From contig CAVSIV010000002.1 in the NCBI GenBank assembly GCA_963728205.1, positions 1-64,000 of the forward strand: a DNA stretch of 64,000 nucleotides, given 5' to 3'. The DNA comes from an uncultured Chloroflexia bacterium (lineage in GTDB: Bacteria; Chloroflexota; Dehalococcoidia; UBA2979). Position 1 is the stretch's first letter, and every line of letters begins with the position of its first letter. The notes beneath the pieces are model-generated. The model did not search any database. It had not been told where the DNA came from and was given only the letters and a program-made list of their open reading frames with translations. Position numbers and translations under genes: made by a program. Shown in pieces: positions 1-11,373 of the stretch.

Positions 1-683
1 AGGCGTCGCGCGCCTTCGCGGCGAACGCGGCGCACGAGCTGCGCACGCCGCTCACGAGCATGCAGACGAACCTCGAGGTGCTGCAGCGCAACCCCGCGCT
101 CGACGCCGAGACGCGCGCGGCGGTGGTCGCCGACGTCGCGGAGCAGCAGGGGCGGCTGCTCGGCGTACTCGAGGCGCTGCGGCTGCTCGCGCGCGGCGAC
201 CTCGGGGCACGCGACCTGCAGACGCCGGTCGATCTCGCGGAGCTGGCGCGCGGCGCGGTCGCGCAGGCCGAGCGGCGCTTCCCCGGCGTGGCCTTCGCGC
301 TGCGCGCGCCGCCCGCGGGCGGGGGCGACGCGGTCGTGCAGGGGTGGAGCGAGGGGCTGCGGGTGATGCTCGACAACCTGCTCCGCAACGCGGCGACGCA
401 CGGGCGGCCGCCTGCCGACGCCGGGCGGCCGCCGGCGGTCGCGCTCACCGTGGAAGCGACGCCCGCCGCGGTGACGCTGCACGTCGACGACAACGGCCCT
501 GGGATTCCGCGCGAGGAGCGCGAGCGGGTGTTCGAGCGCTTCACGCGCGGCGCGACGGCCGCGCCGGGCTCGGGGCTGGGGCTGGCGCTCGTCGCGCAGC
601 AGGCAGCGCTGCACGGCGGGACGGTCGCGGTGAGCGAGAGCCCGGACGGCGGCGCGCGGGTCACGGTGATGCTGCCGAGGTAG
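1..683 (+). CDS. Sensor histidine kinase, C-terminal part (left-arm copy, 5' truncated by window)
   Basis: HELRTPL H-box, N-box NLLRNA, G1 DDNGPG, G2 GSGLGL; frame intact here, unlike the right-arm copy. Confidence 0.9.
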   Translation, partial: ASRAFAANAAHELRTPLTSMQTNLEVLQRNPALDAETRAAVVADVAEQQGRLLGVLEALRLLARGDLGARDLQTPVDLAELARGAVAQAERRFPGVAFALRAPPAGGGDAVVQGWSEGLRVMLDNLLRNAATHGRPPADAGRPPAVALTVEATPAAVTLHVDDNGPGIPREERERVFERFTRGATAAPGSGLGLALVAQQAALHGGTVAVSESPDGGARVTVMLPR

Positions 684-876
684 GGGCGCCCGGCAAGCGG
701 CGGCAGATACTCCGCCGACGCCGGCGCCCTGCGCATGTCCCCTCCTGGGCGCGCGGCGGGCTTCATGCCCGCCGTGTGCAGCGGCCACCTCCGTGCCGCA
801 GAGATGTCCACCTCCGCGGCGCGGTAGGTGGCCACTGCGCGCGAGCAGGCCTACGCCTGCCGCGCGCCCGGAGGGC

Positions 877-1959
877 TTAGTCCTCCGACCGCCCGTTTCG
901 CCGCACGAGGCTCGCCGTGGCGCCGGCGGCGGCGAGCGAGGCGGCGGCGGCGGCGCCGGTCAGCGCGCGGCGGTGCATGCGCGCCCACAGCTCCCACGAG
1001 CGGCTCTTCGCGCGATGGCTGAACCGGCCGTGCGCCCCGAAGTCGCGGTCCTCGTCCACGGGCTCCCAGAGGTTGGAAGTCCAGCGAAATCCGAGTCCTC
1101 CGGCTCGCCGGTCGCTGGGGGAGGTCGAGAACCGGTCTCGGCCAGGTAGCGGTCGGCGAAGCCGGGCGCGATCTTCTTCCCCACGATGGCCTTCACGGGT
1201 CGGGAAGCCGGGACGTAGGTTTCGCGCCGGTCGTTACGGGCGGCCCAGGCGATGGCGTCGGCCGCGACCTCCGGCTGGGGAATGGGCGGCACCGGCGGCG
1301 GCCGCGCTCGGGCGATGGCTGCGCTCCAGTCGAACTGCGGCGTGTTCATCGCGGGCAGCTGGACCATCGTGACCCGCACGCGGCTGCCGTCGTGCAGCAG
1401 CTCGGTCCGGAGCGAGTCGCAGAAGCCCTGGATGGCGTGCTTCGCGGCGCAGTAGGGCGCCTGCCTCGGAATGCCGCGATACGCGAGCGCCAAGCCGACC
1501 TGGACGATGGTGCCGTGGTCGCGCGGCAGCATCCGGTGCAGCGCGGCGAGCGTCCCGTGCACCACGCCGAGGTAGGTGACTTCGGTCACGCGGCGGAACT
1601 CTCGGCGAGAGCTCGCGCACCGGACCGAAGACCGTCACCATGGCGTTGTTCACCCAGACGTCGATCGGACCGAACGCCTCCTCGTCCGGCGCCGCGCTGC
1701 ATCGACCGCTTCTGGGTCGGCGACGTCGGCCTGAACTCCATGACGCCTCGGCCGCCGGCGAGGACGACATCGCGCTGCGCGCCCCGAGGCCGTCGCGGCC
1801 GCGCGCGAGCAGGCCAAGGCGGGCGCCCTCGCGCGCGAATCGCTGCGCTACCGCGCGGCCGACGCCGGCCGACGCGCCGGTCACGGCGACGACCTGGCGC
1901 GGCTTCCCGTCGGCGCGGGTGGGGGCTTCGTCGCGGTCGGGGCGGAGATCGGCGGTCAT
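877..1959 (-). pseudogene. Short-chain dehydrogenase, left-arm copy with divergent, frameshifted middle section
   Basis: TGASAGVG and YCAAK motifs split over ORFs 1234..2043, 960..1589 and 877..1059; ends match 12633..13700 but ~1025-1870 differs. Confidence 0.75.
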
Positions 1960-2115
1960 GGGCTTGTCCTCTCGGCATCGCGCGGCGCAGGTGGCGGCGC
2001 CGGCGCGTCGTTCGCTCTCTCTCCAGACTACGGAGGCACGCACGCCGCGGCCGTCTCCGCGGCGGGCGGATCGGGGGTCGGGAGGGAACTGCGAGCGGGA
2101 TCGCGGGGATCGTTA

Positions 2116-2708
2116 CGCGCGCGGCACCCACAGCGGCCGGCGGCGGCCGCTGGCGCGACCGGGGGTATCGGCGGCGTGTCTGCCGCCGCTTGCGACGCGG
2201 CCGGCGGCGGCCGCGCGCGCCACCCACAGCGGGCGGCGGCGGCCGCTGGCGCGACCGGGGTATCGGCGGCGTGTCTGCCGCCGCTTGCGACGCGGCCGGC
2301 GGCGGCCGCGCGCGCCACCCACAGCGGGCGGCGGCGGCCGCTGGCGCGACCGGGGTATCGGCGGCGTGTCTGCCGCCGCGTGCGACGCGGCCGGCGGCGG
2401 CCGCGCGCGCCACCCACAGCGGGCGGCGGCGGCCGCTGGCGCGACCGGGGGTATCGGCGGCGTGTCTGCCGCCGCTTGCGACGGGCGTTCGGGGGACTAG
2501 CCGCGCGCGTCACCCACAGCGGGCGGCGGCGGCCGCTGGCGCGACCGGAGGTATCGGCGGCGTGTCTGCCGCCGCTTGCGACGGGCGTTCGGGGGACTAG
2601 CCGCGCGCGTCACCCACAGCGGGCGGCGGCGGCCGCTGGCGCGACCGGGGGTATCGGCGGCGTGTCTGCCGCCGCTTGCGACGGGCGTTCGGGGGACTAG
2701 CCGCGCGC
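2116..2708. repeat. Tandem array of six ~95-100 bp palindromic units (left-arm copy)
   Basis: Mirror image of 11884-12476. Confidence 0.93.
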
Positions 2709-3218
2709 TTCGCCCTCGAGGAGGCCGCGCAGGTAGTCGGCCTGCCCGCCGTGGTGGGCGACGTGGTGCACGAGGCTGACGATGCGCACGCCCACGGTCG
2801 GGCGCGGCGTCCATTGCGGCTCGTCGAGCACGCGGTCGAGGTCGGCCGGCGCGAGGCCGTGCAGGTAGTCGTCGGTGCGCGCCCACACAGCGTCGAGGTA
2901 GCCGAGCAGGAGGTCGGCGCTCGGGAGCGCGACCGCGTCGACCTCCTCGAGCGACTGGCCGGTGCCGAAGGCGCGCGGCGCGGCGTCCATGCCGAAGCGC
3001 TCGTGCCAGCCGCCACCGACCCACAGCTGGTCGGCCTCCGCGAGGTCGGCGACGTGCATGTCCTCGACGCGGCCGACGTGCCAGGCGAGCCACCCGAGCG
3101 GGTTCGCGCTCGGGTCGGGTCGGAAGTGGAGGACGTCGGGGGCGAGGCCGTCGACGGCGCGTCGCATCACGCCGCGCCCGCGATCGAGGGCATCCGCGAT
3201 CAGTGCCTGCGCATCCAT
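2697..3218 (-). CDS. DinB/mycothiol-transferase-like protein (left-arm copy)
   Basis: NPLGWLAWHVGRVED and HHxxHHGGQADYLRG; AGGAGG RBS before ATG. Confidence 0.85.
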   Translation of the reverse strand: MDAQALIADALDRGRGVMRRAVDGLAPDVLHFRPDPSANPLGWLAWHVGRVEDMHVADLAEADQLWVGGGWHERFGMDAAPRAFGTGQSLEEVDAVALPSADLLLGYLDAVWARTDDYLHGLAPADLDRVLDEPQWTPRPTVGVRIVSLVHHVAHHGGQADYLRGLLEGEARG

Positions 3219-3450
3219 GCGCTGCCTCCTTCGCGCCGGGGGCGCGTGCGGCGAAGCGCCCCCAGCGGTCCACGGTACGAGGCCGGGGCCAGCGCGGGAC
3301 CAGGCTTGCAGATTCGTGTCGAAGTGCCGGCGGCGGCGGCGACCCGCCGCGCGGGACGGCGAGGCAGCCGTACGATCGCGCAAACGCAGCCGTGACGGCC
3401 GGGCGGCAGTCACGCGGGGGAGTGACCGGATCCCGCCGCCGCGGAGCCGC

Positions 3451-4290
3451 ATGTACATGTCACTCGGCGCCCTTGCCGCGCGCATCGCGTCCGACGCCCC
3501 CGATCTCACCCTCTTCCGCCGCCTGCTCGCGCTGCGCGAAGACGCGGACGGCGTGCGCGACGACCTGCGGGCTGCGCTCGAGAGCGCGCCCGTCGAGACG
3601 TCGCGCCACCTCGCCGGCGTGCGCTCGTACCCCTCGGTCGCGGACGCGATCGCGCAGGCCGGCTACCGACGTGTCCACTCCGCGGCGATCGCGGCGATCG
3701 TCGTGGGCTGGTGGGGCGGCGAGTGCCGCGTGCTCGACTACCTGCAGTACTGGCGGCACGCGGTCGCGACCGCGGTGCTGACGACGGTGGCCGCCCGGGC
3801 CGCGCGACGGCATGACGACGCGGCGTTCGCGGCGGGACTCATGCACGACACCGGCCGGCTCGCGCTCGACCACCACGCGGCGGCGGCGCTGACGCGGTCG
3901 ATCGCGATGGCGCGGTCGCTGGGCACGAACGCGAGCGCCGCGCAGAACGCGCTGCTGGGGTTCAACGAGGCGGACGTCGGCGGGCGCGTGGGGATCGAGC
4001 TCGACCTGCCGCCGTGGCTGACGGCGGCGATGTGTCGCACCGAGTCGGTGTCGCCCGCGGAGCCGTTCTCGGTGACCGGGCTGGTGGCATCGGCGTGCGC
4101 GGCCGCGAACCTGCTCGGGCTCCCGGACGGTGCCGGGCTGCGCGAGGAGATCGCGCCGCTGACGCGCGCGTATGCGGGCAGCGTGATCGCGGCGCTGGAG
4201 CACGCGGGCGGGCGACCGTGGTTGGAGACGCGCATCGAGCGGACGCTCGCGGCTGCGCTGTTCACGGAGCGGACGGTGGGCGTGCCGTAG
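3451..4290 (+). CDS. HDOD domain protein (left-arm copy)
   Basis: YWRHAVATA...AFAAGLMHDTGRL...LLGFNEADVG pattern typical of HDOD. Confidence 0.8.
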   Translation: MYMSLGALAARIASDAPDLTLFRRLLALREDADGVRDDLRAALESAPVETSRHLAGVRSYPSVADAIAQAGYRRVHSAAIAAIVVGWWGGECRVLDYLQYWRHAVATAVLTTVAARAARRHDDAAFAAGLMHDTGRLALDHHAAAALTRSIAMARSLGTNASAAQNALLGFNEADVGGRVGIELDLPPWLTAAMCRTESVSPAEPFSVTGLVASACAAANLLGLPDGAGLREEIAPLTRAYAGSVIAALEHAGGRPWLETRIERTLAAALFTERTVGVP

Positions 4291-4368
4291 CGGGCGGCGC
4301 GCGGGGCGGGGCGGGCGTCGCCCGAGCCCGCGGGCGCTGCTACGCTCGGTTTCCGCCGGAGACGGACT

Positions 4369-4443
4369 GCCCTCGTAGCTCAGCGGATAGAGCAGTGGTT
4401 TCCTAAACCATGCGCCCAGGTTCGATTCCTGGCGGGGGCACCA
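4369..4443 (+). tRNA. tRNA-Arg(CCT)
   Basis: GCCCTCG acceptor, TAGCTCAG D arm, anticodon loop TTCCTAA, GGTTCGATTCC T arm, encoded CCA. Confidence 0.95.
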
Positions 4444-4458
4444 CGCCTCAACTGCGCC

Positions 4459-4968
4459 CCACCCGCGCCCGGCGTCGCCCGTCACCCGTGCCACAATCGC
4501 GTCTGCCAGCGCCCCCGGCGTGGCGTCGACGTCGAGCGCCAGCGCACCTTCGTCCGCGCCCGGCAGCTCCAGCGCGGCGAACTGGCTGTCGAGCAGGTCC
4601 GGCGGCATGAAGTGGCGGCGCGACTCCATGCGACGGTGGATAAGGTCGCGGTCGCCCTCGAGGAAGACGAGCAACAGGTCGTCGGTGCGGCCGCCGGCGA
4701 GGCGGTCGCGGTAGGCGCGCTTCAGCGCGGAGCAGGCGAGGACGAGCGAGCTGCCCTCGGCGCGGGCACGGGCGATGACGCCGGCGAGGGCGTCGAGCCA
4801 GGGGGCGCGGTCGGCGTCGTCGAGCGGGCGACCGGCGCGCATCTTCGCGACGTTGGCGGGCGGGTGGTAATCGTCGGCCTCGACGAAGGGCCAGCCGAGG
4901 CGGCCGGCGACGAGCCGGCCGACGGTGGTTTTGCCGCTTCCCGACACGCCCATCACGACGACAATCAC
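4459..4968 (-). CDS. gntK: Gluconokinase (left-arm copy; stop codon lost by a 1-nt indel)
   Basis: GVSGSGKT, EADDYHP, ACSALKR, HFMPPDLLDSQF. Confidence 0.85.
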
Positions 4969-5163
4969 GCGGTCAGGTTATGCCCCCGCGGACGACCAGC
5001 GCGGAGGCGCCCTGGTGGGGTTGCCCCAGGTGGGCCAAGCCGCCGGGCCCAGCCCGGCGGTGCGCCGGCGATCCGGGCGACCGGCCCGCGCCCGACCGCG
5101 GGCCATGAGTGCCCGGCGGCCCTGCCCGGAAGCCGCCGGGCGTAGCCCGCGGTGCGCCGGGCC

Positions 5164-6301
5164 TCTGCGCCCGCAGGAACTGCAGCGTCCCGTCGTCCAG
5201 CATCGACGCCAGCGTCCGGCCGCCGGGCGAGAGCTCCTCGGCTCGCGCGGGCACACCGTGCGTGGACACGCTGCCCACCTGCGCGCCGCTGCCGATCGCC
5301 CACAGCGTCACGGCGTCCTGTCCCGCGGCCGCCAGCAGCTTGCCGTCGGGCGACACCGACACGCCGGCGGCAAGCGATGGGATCTGAACGTCGACAGCTG
5401 CTTGCCCGTGGCCGGATCCCAGGTCGCAACGGTCATCGCGGTCTGGCCACCCGTGCCCGCCCCCGGTACGACCGTGAGGAAGTCGCCGCTGGGCAGGAAC
5501 TGCGAGGCCGCGACGAACTGCTCGAAGCTGAGCTGGTTGCCGAGCTGGGCGGACGCCACGTCCATGAACTGGACCGTCGCGCGCGACACCCATGCGATCT
5601 TCGTCGCGTCTGCGTTCGTCCGAATCGAGTAGACCGGTGCGGCGGTCTGGAACCCCGAGAGGTCCTTGGTCTGTTTCGCCGTCGCGACGTCCCAGAGCGT
5701 GACCTCGATCTTGTCGACGTGCACGAGCGCGACCGTCTTGCCGTCGGCCGAGAAGACCGCCTGGCCGTAGGTCGAGGTGGCGTCGGTGCCCTGGTCGAGC
5801 GTCGCGACGTCCTGCTGCGACTGCAGGTCCCACAGCTGCACGCCCTTCTGCGTGGCGAAGGCGAGGGTGCGGCCGTCGGGCGCGATGCCGAGCAGGCGGC
5901 CGTGCGACGAGAGGTCGGTCGGCTGGCTCGCCCGTCCGGACGTGGCGTCGATCTGCACGAGGCCGTCCTGGGTGACGGCGATGAAGGTGGAGCCGTCGGC
6001 GGTCCACGCCGAGGTCGAGAAGCCGGCGATCTGCGCGGTGGCCGCGGGGCCGAGCGAGCCCGGCGTTCGCCGCGGTGATGACCGGCGAGCCGGCCGCGGC
6101 GTCCCGTTCCGGTCGCCGCGGCCGTGCCGGTGGCGCCCGGCGCCGCGGTGGCGCTGGCGGTCGCGGCGCGCCCCCGCGGTGCCGGTGGGAGCCAGCGCGG
6201 TGGCGGTGGGGTCGACTTTCCGCCGCCGCAGGCGACGATGCCGGTGGCGAGCGCCATCAGATGATGGCCGCGCCGAGCGTGTGGAGCGTGGGGATCTTCA
6301 C
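5164..6301 (-). pseudogene. WD40/beta-propeller lipoprotein (left-arm copy, several indels, probably sequence errors)
   Basis: PDGRTLA, VQLWD, FSADGKTVA, VTLWD repeats; IVAC lipobox. Confidence 0.7.
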
Positions 6302-6576
6302 TGGCAAGCGTCCTCCCGGTGGCGCGGCGCGACCGCCGCGGGCCCCGTCTGAACCGCCGGGCGCCGATCGCGCCTCGTGATCTGACGTTACGCGGGGCCG
6401 TGAAGTTCCGAAGCCGGCTGAGACCGGCAGTTGCGTGCCGGGCGAACCTGCAATGAGAGGCACGCGCGCGACCGGTCGGAAACGCGAGGCGCCGCGCGCT
6501 CGTCCAACCGCAGACCCACCGCCGCAGAGAAAGGGACACGCCGTGCCCGCGGAAAACGGCAGCATCGCGCATCACC

Positions 6577-7153
6577 ATGTTCCCCGCCCGCGAGGCGCGC
6601 GCCACGGCGCGGGTTGCTCGGCGTCGCGGCGGCGCGCTGCTGCTCGTGTTCGCCGCCGCCAGCAGCGGCAACGGCAGCGGCCCCGGCGCCGCGACCGCCA
6701 CCGTGCCCGCGACCGGGACGGCGACGACCGGGTCACCCACCGCCACCTCCCCGACGGCGACGGCGACGACCGCCGGCTCGGCCACGGCGACCGGCACGGC
6801 CGGCGCCACCGGCACGGCGACCGCCTGCCTGAACGATGAGCCCATCGGCACCGCGCCCGACACCGGCAACGCGAGCCCGCTGTCGTCGGTGATCTTCGTC
6901 GACGACACGCACGGCTGGGTCGTCGGCGCCGGCCGCATCGTCGCGACCACCGACGGCGGGGCGCACTGGACGCAGCAGTACCAGGGCTCCGCGCAGTTGC
7001 AGCAGGTGTGGTTCGCCGACGCCGCGCACGGCTGGGCGCTCGGCAGCCGGCGGGCTGCTCACCACGTCGGACAGCGGCGACTGGCTGGCAGATGCCGATG
7101 CCGAGCACGCCGCTGCGGGAGATCGAGTTCCTGTCACCGACCGAGGGCTGGGG
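6577..7153 (+). pseudogene. YCF48/BNR-repeat beta-propeller secreted protein, truncated at the fold-back point
   Basis: LSSVIFVDDTHGWVVG, TTDGGAHW, VWFADAAHGWALG, IEFLSPTEGWG after a Thr/Ala linker; error-rich mirror at ~7456-8015(-). Confidence 0.7.
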
Positions 7154-8284
7154 CGTGCTCGGCATCGGCAGCTCCTCCAGCAGTCGCCGCTGTCCGACGT
7201 GGTGAGCAGCCGCCGGCTGCCGAGCGCCCAGCCGTACGCGGCGTCGGCGAACCGCGCCCTCCCTGCAGCTGCGCGGAGCCCTGGTATTGTCGCCCAGTCG
7301 CCCCCGCCGTCGGTGGTCGCACAGTACCAGGGCTCCGCGCAGCTGCAGCAGGTGTGGTTCGCCGACGCCGCGCGGCTGGGCGCTCGGCAGCCGGCGGCTG
7401 CTCACCACGTCGGACAGCGGCGACTGCTGGCAGGAGCTGCCGATGCCGAGCACGCCCCAGCCCTCGGTCGGTGACAGGAACTCGATCTCCCGCAGCGGCG
7501 TGCTCGGCATCGGCAGCTCCTGCCAGCGGCGTCGCCGCTGTCCTGCACCGGGAAGCCCGACACCGGCGTGCGCGGCGTCGGCGAACCACACCTGGAAAAA
7601 TCGCGGAGCCCTGGTCTTGCTGCGTCCAGTGCGCCCGCCGTCGGTGGTCGCGACGATGCGGCCCGCCGACGACCCAGCCGTGCGTGTCGTCGACGAAGAT
7701 CACCGACGACAGCGGCTGACGATTTGCAAGAGTAGGGCGCGGTGCCGATGGGCTCATCGTTCAGGCAGGCGGTCGCCGTGCGGGGCCGCCGTGCCGGTCG
7801 CCGTGGCCGAGCCGGCGGTCGTCGCCGTCGCCGTCGGGGAGAACGTGGGTGACCCGGCTGTCGCCGTCCCGGTCGCGGGCCGGTGCGGGCGCTTTGCTGG
7901 GGGCGCTGCCGTTGCCGCTGCACGCAGCAGCAAGCACGAGCAGCAGCGCGCCGGCCGCGACGCCGAGCAACCGGCGCCCGTGTGGCGCGCCTCGCGGGCG
8001 GGGAACGTGGTGATGCGCGATGGTGCCGTCTTCGCGGGCACACATGGCCTTCTCTGCGGCGGGTGGGTCTGCGGGTTGGACGAGCGCGCGGCGCCTTGCG
8101 CGTTCCCGAACCGGTCGCGCGCGTGCCTCTCATTGCAGGTTCGCCCCGGCACGCAACTGCCAGTCTCGGCCGCTTCAGAAATTCACGGCCCCGCGTAACT
8201 GTCAAATCCGAGGCGTGAGTGGCGCCCGGCGGGTCCAGACGGGGCCCGCGGCGGTCGCGCCGCGCCACCGGGAGGACGCTTGCC

Positions 8285-9424
8285 GTGAAGATCCCCACGC
8301 TCCGCACGCTCGGCGCGGCCATCATCGTGATGGCGCTCGCCACCGGCATCGTCGCCTGCGGCGGCGGAAAGTCGACCCCTACCGCCACCGCGCTGGCTCC
8401 CACCGGCACCGCGGCGGGCGCGCCGCCGACCGCCAGCGCCCCCGGGGCGCCGGGCGCCACCGGCACGCCGCGGCGACCGGAACGGGGACGGCCGCGGCCG
8501 GCTCGCCGGTCATCACCGCGGGAACGCCGGCTCGCTCGGCCCCGCGGCCACCGCGCAGATCGCCGGCTTCTCGAACTCGGCGTGGACCGCCGACGCTCCA
8601 CCTTCATCGCCGTCACCAGGACAGCCTCGTGCAGATCGACGCCACGTCCGGACGGGCGAGCCAGCCGACCGACTCTCGTCGCACGGCCGCCTGCTCGGCA
8701 TCGCGCCCGACGGCCGCACCCTCGCCTTCGCCACGCAGAAGGGCGTGCAGCTGTGGGACCTGCAGTCGCAGCAGGACGTCGCGACGCTCGACCAGGGCAC
8801 CGACGCCACCTCGACCTACGGCCAGGCGGTCTTCTCGGCCGACGGCAAGACGGTCGCGCTCGTGCACGTCGACAAGATCGAGGTCACGCTCTGGGACGTC
8901 GCGACGGCGAAGCAGACCAAGGACCTCTCGGGGTTCCAGACCGCCGCACCGGTCTACTCGATTCGGACGAACGCAGACGCGACGAAGATCGCATGGGTGT
9001 CGCGCGCGACGGTCCAGTTCATGGACGTGGCGTCCGCCCAGCTCGGCAACCAACTCAGCTTCGAGCAGTTCGTCGCGGCCTCGCAGTTCCTGCCCAGCGG
9101 CGACTTCCTCACGGTCGTACCGGGGGCGGGCACGGGTGGCCAGACCGCGATGACCGTTGCGACCTGGGATCCGGCCACGGGCAAGCAGTGTCGACGTTCA
9201 AGATCCCATCGCTTGCCGCCGGCGTGTCGGTGTCGCCCGACGGCAAGCTGCTGGCGGCCGCGGGACAGGACGCCGTGACGCTGTGGGCGATCGGCAGCGG
9301 CGCGCAGGTGGGCAGCGTGTCCACGCACGGTGTGCCCGCGCGAGCCGAGAGCTTCTCGCCCGGCGGCCGGACGCTGGCGTCGATGCTGGACGACGGGACG
9401 CTGCAGTTCCTGCGGGCGCAGTAG
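8285..9424 (+). pseudogene. WD40/beta-propeller lipoprotein (right-arm copy, frameshifted)
   Basis: Signal peptide with IVAC|GGG, WD-like blades, C-terminal FSPGGRTLASMLDDGTLQFL; indels differ from the left copy, so the real gene is probably intact. Confidence 0.75.
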
Positions 9425-9622
9425 GCCCGGCGCACCGCGGGCTACGCCCGGCGGCTTCCGGGCAGGGCCGCCGGGCAACTCTAAGGCCCGCGGTCGGGCG
9501 CGGGCCGGTCGCCCGGATCGCCGGCGCACCGCCGGGCTGGGCCCGGCGGCTTGCGCCCACCTCGGGGCAACCCCACCAGGGCGCCTCCGCGCTGGTCGTC
9601 CGCGGGGGCATAACCTCACCGC

Positions 9623-10132
9623 GTGATCGTCGTCGTGATGGGCGTGTCGGGAAGCGGCAAAACCACCGTCGGCCGGCTCGTCGCCGGCCGCCTCGGCTGG
9701 CCCTTCGTCGAGGCCGACGATTACCACCCGCCCGCCAACGTCGCGAAGATGCGCGCCGGTCGCCCGCTCGACGACGCCGACCGCGCCCCCTGGCTCGACG
9801 CCCTCGCCGGCGTCATCGCCCGTGCCCGCGCCGAGGGCAGCTCGCTCGTCCTCGCCTGCTCCGCGCTGAAGCGCGCCTACCGCGACCGCCTCGCCGGCGG
9901 CCGCACCGACGACCTGTTGCTCGTCTTCCTCGAGGGCGACCGCGACCTGATCCACCGTCGCATGGAGTCGCGCCGCCACTTCATGCCGCCGGACCTGCTC
10001 GACAGCCAGTTCGCCGCGCTGGAGCTGCCGGGCGCGGACGAAGGTGCGCTGGCGCTCGACGTCGACGCCACGCCGGGGGCGCTGGCAGACGCAATCGTGG
10101 CACGGGTGACGGGCGACGCCGGGCGCGGGTGA
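9623..10132 (+). CDS. gntK: Gluconokinase
   Basis: P-loop GVSGSGKT and GntK/IdnK motifs; intact. Confidence 0.92.
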   Translation: MIVVVMGVSGSGKTTVGRLVAGRLGWPFVEADDYHPPANVAKMRAGRPLDDADRAPWLDALAGVIARARAEGSSLVLACSALKRAYRDRLAGGRTDDLLLVFLEGDRDLIHRRMESRRHFMPPDLLDSQFAALELPGADEGALALDVDATPGALADAIVARVTGDAGRG

Positions 10133-10148
10133 GGGCGCAGTTGAGGCG

Positions 10149-10223
10149 TGGTGCCCCCGCCAGGAATCGAACCTGGGCGCATGGTTTAGGAAACCACTGC
10201 TCTATCCGCTGAGTTACGAGGGC
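10149..10223 (-). tRNA. tRNA-Arg(CCT), right-arm copy
   Basis: Mirror of 4369-4443 with one D-stem difference (GTAACTCAG vs GTAGCTCAG). Confidence 0.92.
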
Positions 10224-10301
10224 AGTCCGTCTCCGGCGGAAACCGAGCGTAGCAGCGCCCGCGGGCTCGGGCGACGCCCGCCCCGCCCCGCGCGCCGCCC
10301 G

Positions 10302-11141
10302 CTACGGCACGCCCACCGTCCGCTCCGTGAACAGCGCAGCCGCGAGCGTCCGCTCGATGCGCGTCTCCAACCACGGTCGCCCGCCCGCGTGCTCCAGCGC
10401 CGCGATCACGCCGCCCGCATACGCGCGCGTCAGCGGCGCGATCTCCTCGCGCAGCCCGGCACCGTCCGGGAGCCCGAGCAGGTTCGCGGCCGCGCACGCC
10501 GATGCCACCAGCCCGGTCACCGAGAACGGCTCCGCGGGCGACACCGACTCGGTGCGACACATCGCCGCCGTCAGCCACGGCGGCAGGTCGAGCTCGATCC
10601 CCACGCGCCCGCCGACGTCCGCCTCGTTGAACCCCAGCAGCGCGTTCTGCGCGGCGCTCGCGTTCGTGCCCAGCGACCGCGCCATCGCGATCGACCGCGT
10701 CAGCGCCGCCGCCGCGTGGTGGTCGAGCGCGAGCCGGCCGGTGTCGTGCATGAGTCCCGCCGCGAACGCCGCGTCGTCATGCCGTCGCGCGGCCCGGGCG
10801 GCCACCGTCGTCAGCACCGCGGTCGCGACCGCGTGCCGCCAGTACTGCAGGTAGTCGAGCACGCGGCACTCGCCGCCCCACCAGCCCACGACGATCGCCG
10901 CGATCGCCGCGGAGTGGACACGTCGGTAGCCGGCCTGCGCGATCGCGTCCGCGACCGAGGGGTACGAGCGCACGCCGGCGAGGTGGCGCGACGTCTCGAC
11001 GGGCGCGCTCTCGAGCGCAGCCCGCAGGTCGTCGCGCACGCCGTCCGCGTCTTCGCGCAGCGCGAGCAGGCGGCGGAAGAGGGTGAGATCGGGGGCGTCG
11101 GACGCGATGCGCGCGGCAAGGGCGCCGAGTGACATGTACAT
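10302..11141 (-). CDS. HDOD domain protein
   Basis: As the left-arm copy. Confidence 0.8.
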   Translation of the reverse strand: MYMSLGALAARIASDAPDLTLFRRLLALREDADGVRDDLRAALESAPVETSRHLAGVRSYPSVADAIAQAGYRRVHSAAIAAIVVGWWGGECRVLDYLQYWRHAVATAVLTTVAARAARRHDDAAFAAGLMHDTGRLALDHHAAAALTRSIAMARSLGTNASAAQNALLGFNEADVGGRVGIELDLPPWLTAAMCRTESVSPAEPFSVTGLVASACAAANLLGLPDGAGLREEIAPLTRAYAGGVIAALEHAGGRPWLETRIERTLAAALFTERTVGVP

Positions 11142-11373
11142 GCGGCTCCGCGGCGGCGGGATCCGGTCACTCCCCCGCGTGACTGCCGCCCGGCCGTCAC
11201 GGCTGCGTTTGCGCGATCGTACGGCTGCCTCGCCGTCCCGCGCGGCGGGTCGCCGCCGCCGCCGGCACTTCGACACGAATCTGCAAGCCTGGTCCCGCGC
11301 TGGCCCCGGCCTCGTACCGTGGACCGCTGGGGGCGCTTCGCCGCACGCGCCCCCGGCGCGAAGGAGGCAGCGC

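Noticed and set aside
2116-2708. Regular repeat array as CRISPR (also 11884-12476)
   Set aside because: Inter-repeat segments are identical rather than unique spacers, and there are no cas genes or AT-rich leader.
7150-7460. Hairpin telomere of a linear replicon
   Set aside because: The fold lies inside a coding gene, is asymmetric with three switches and error-rich, and no protelomerase is present.
4369-10223. Two tRNA-Arg copies as att sites of an island or invertible segment
   Set aside because: Both are full-length and simply part of the mirrored arms; no recombinase lies between them.
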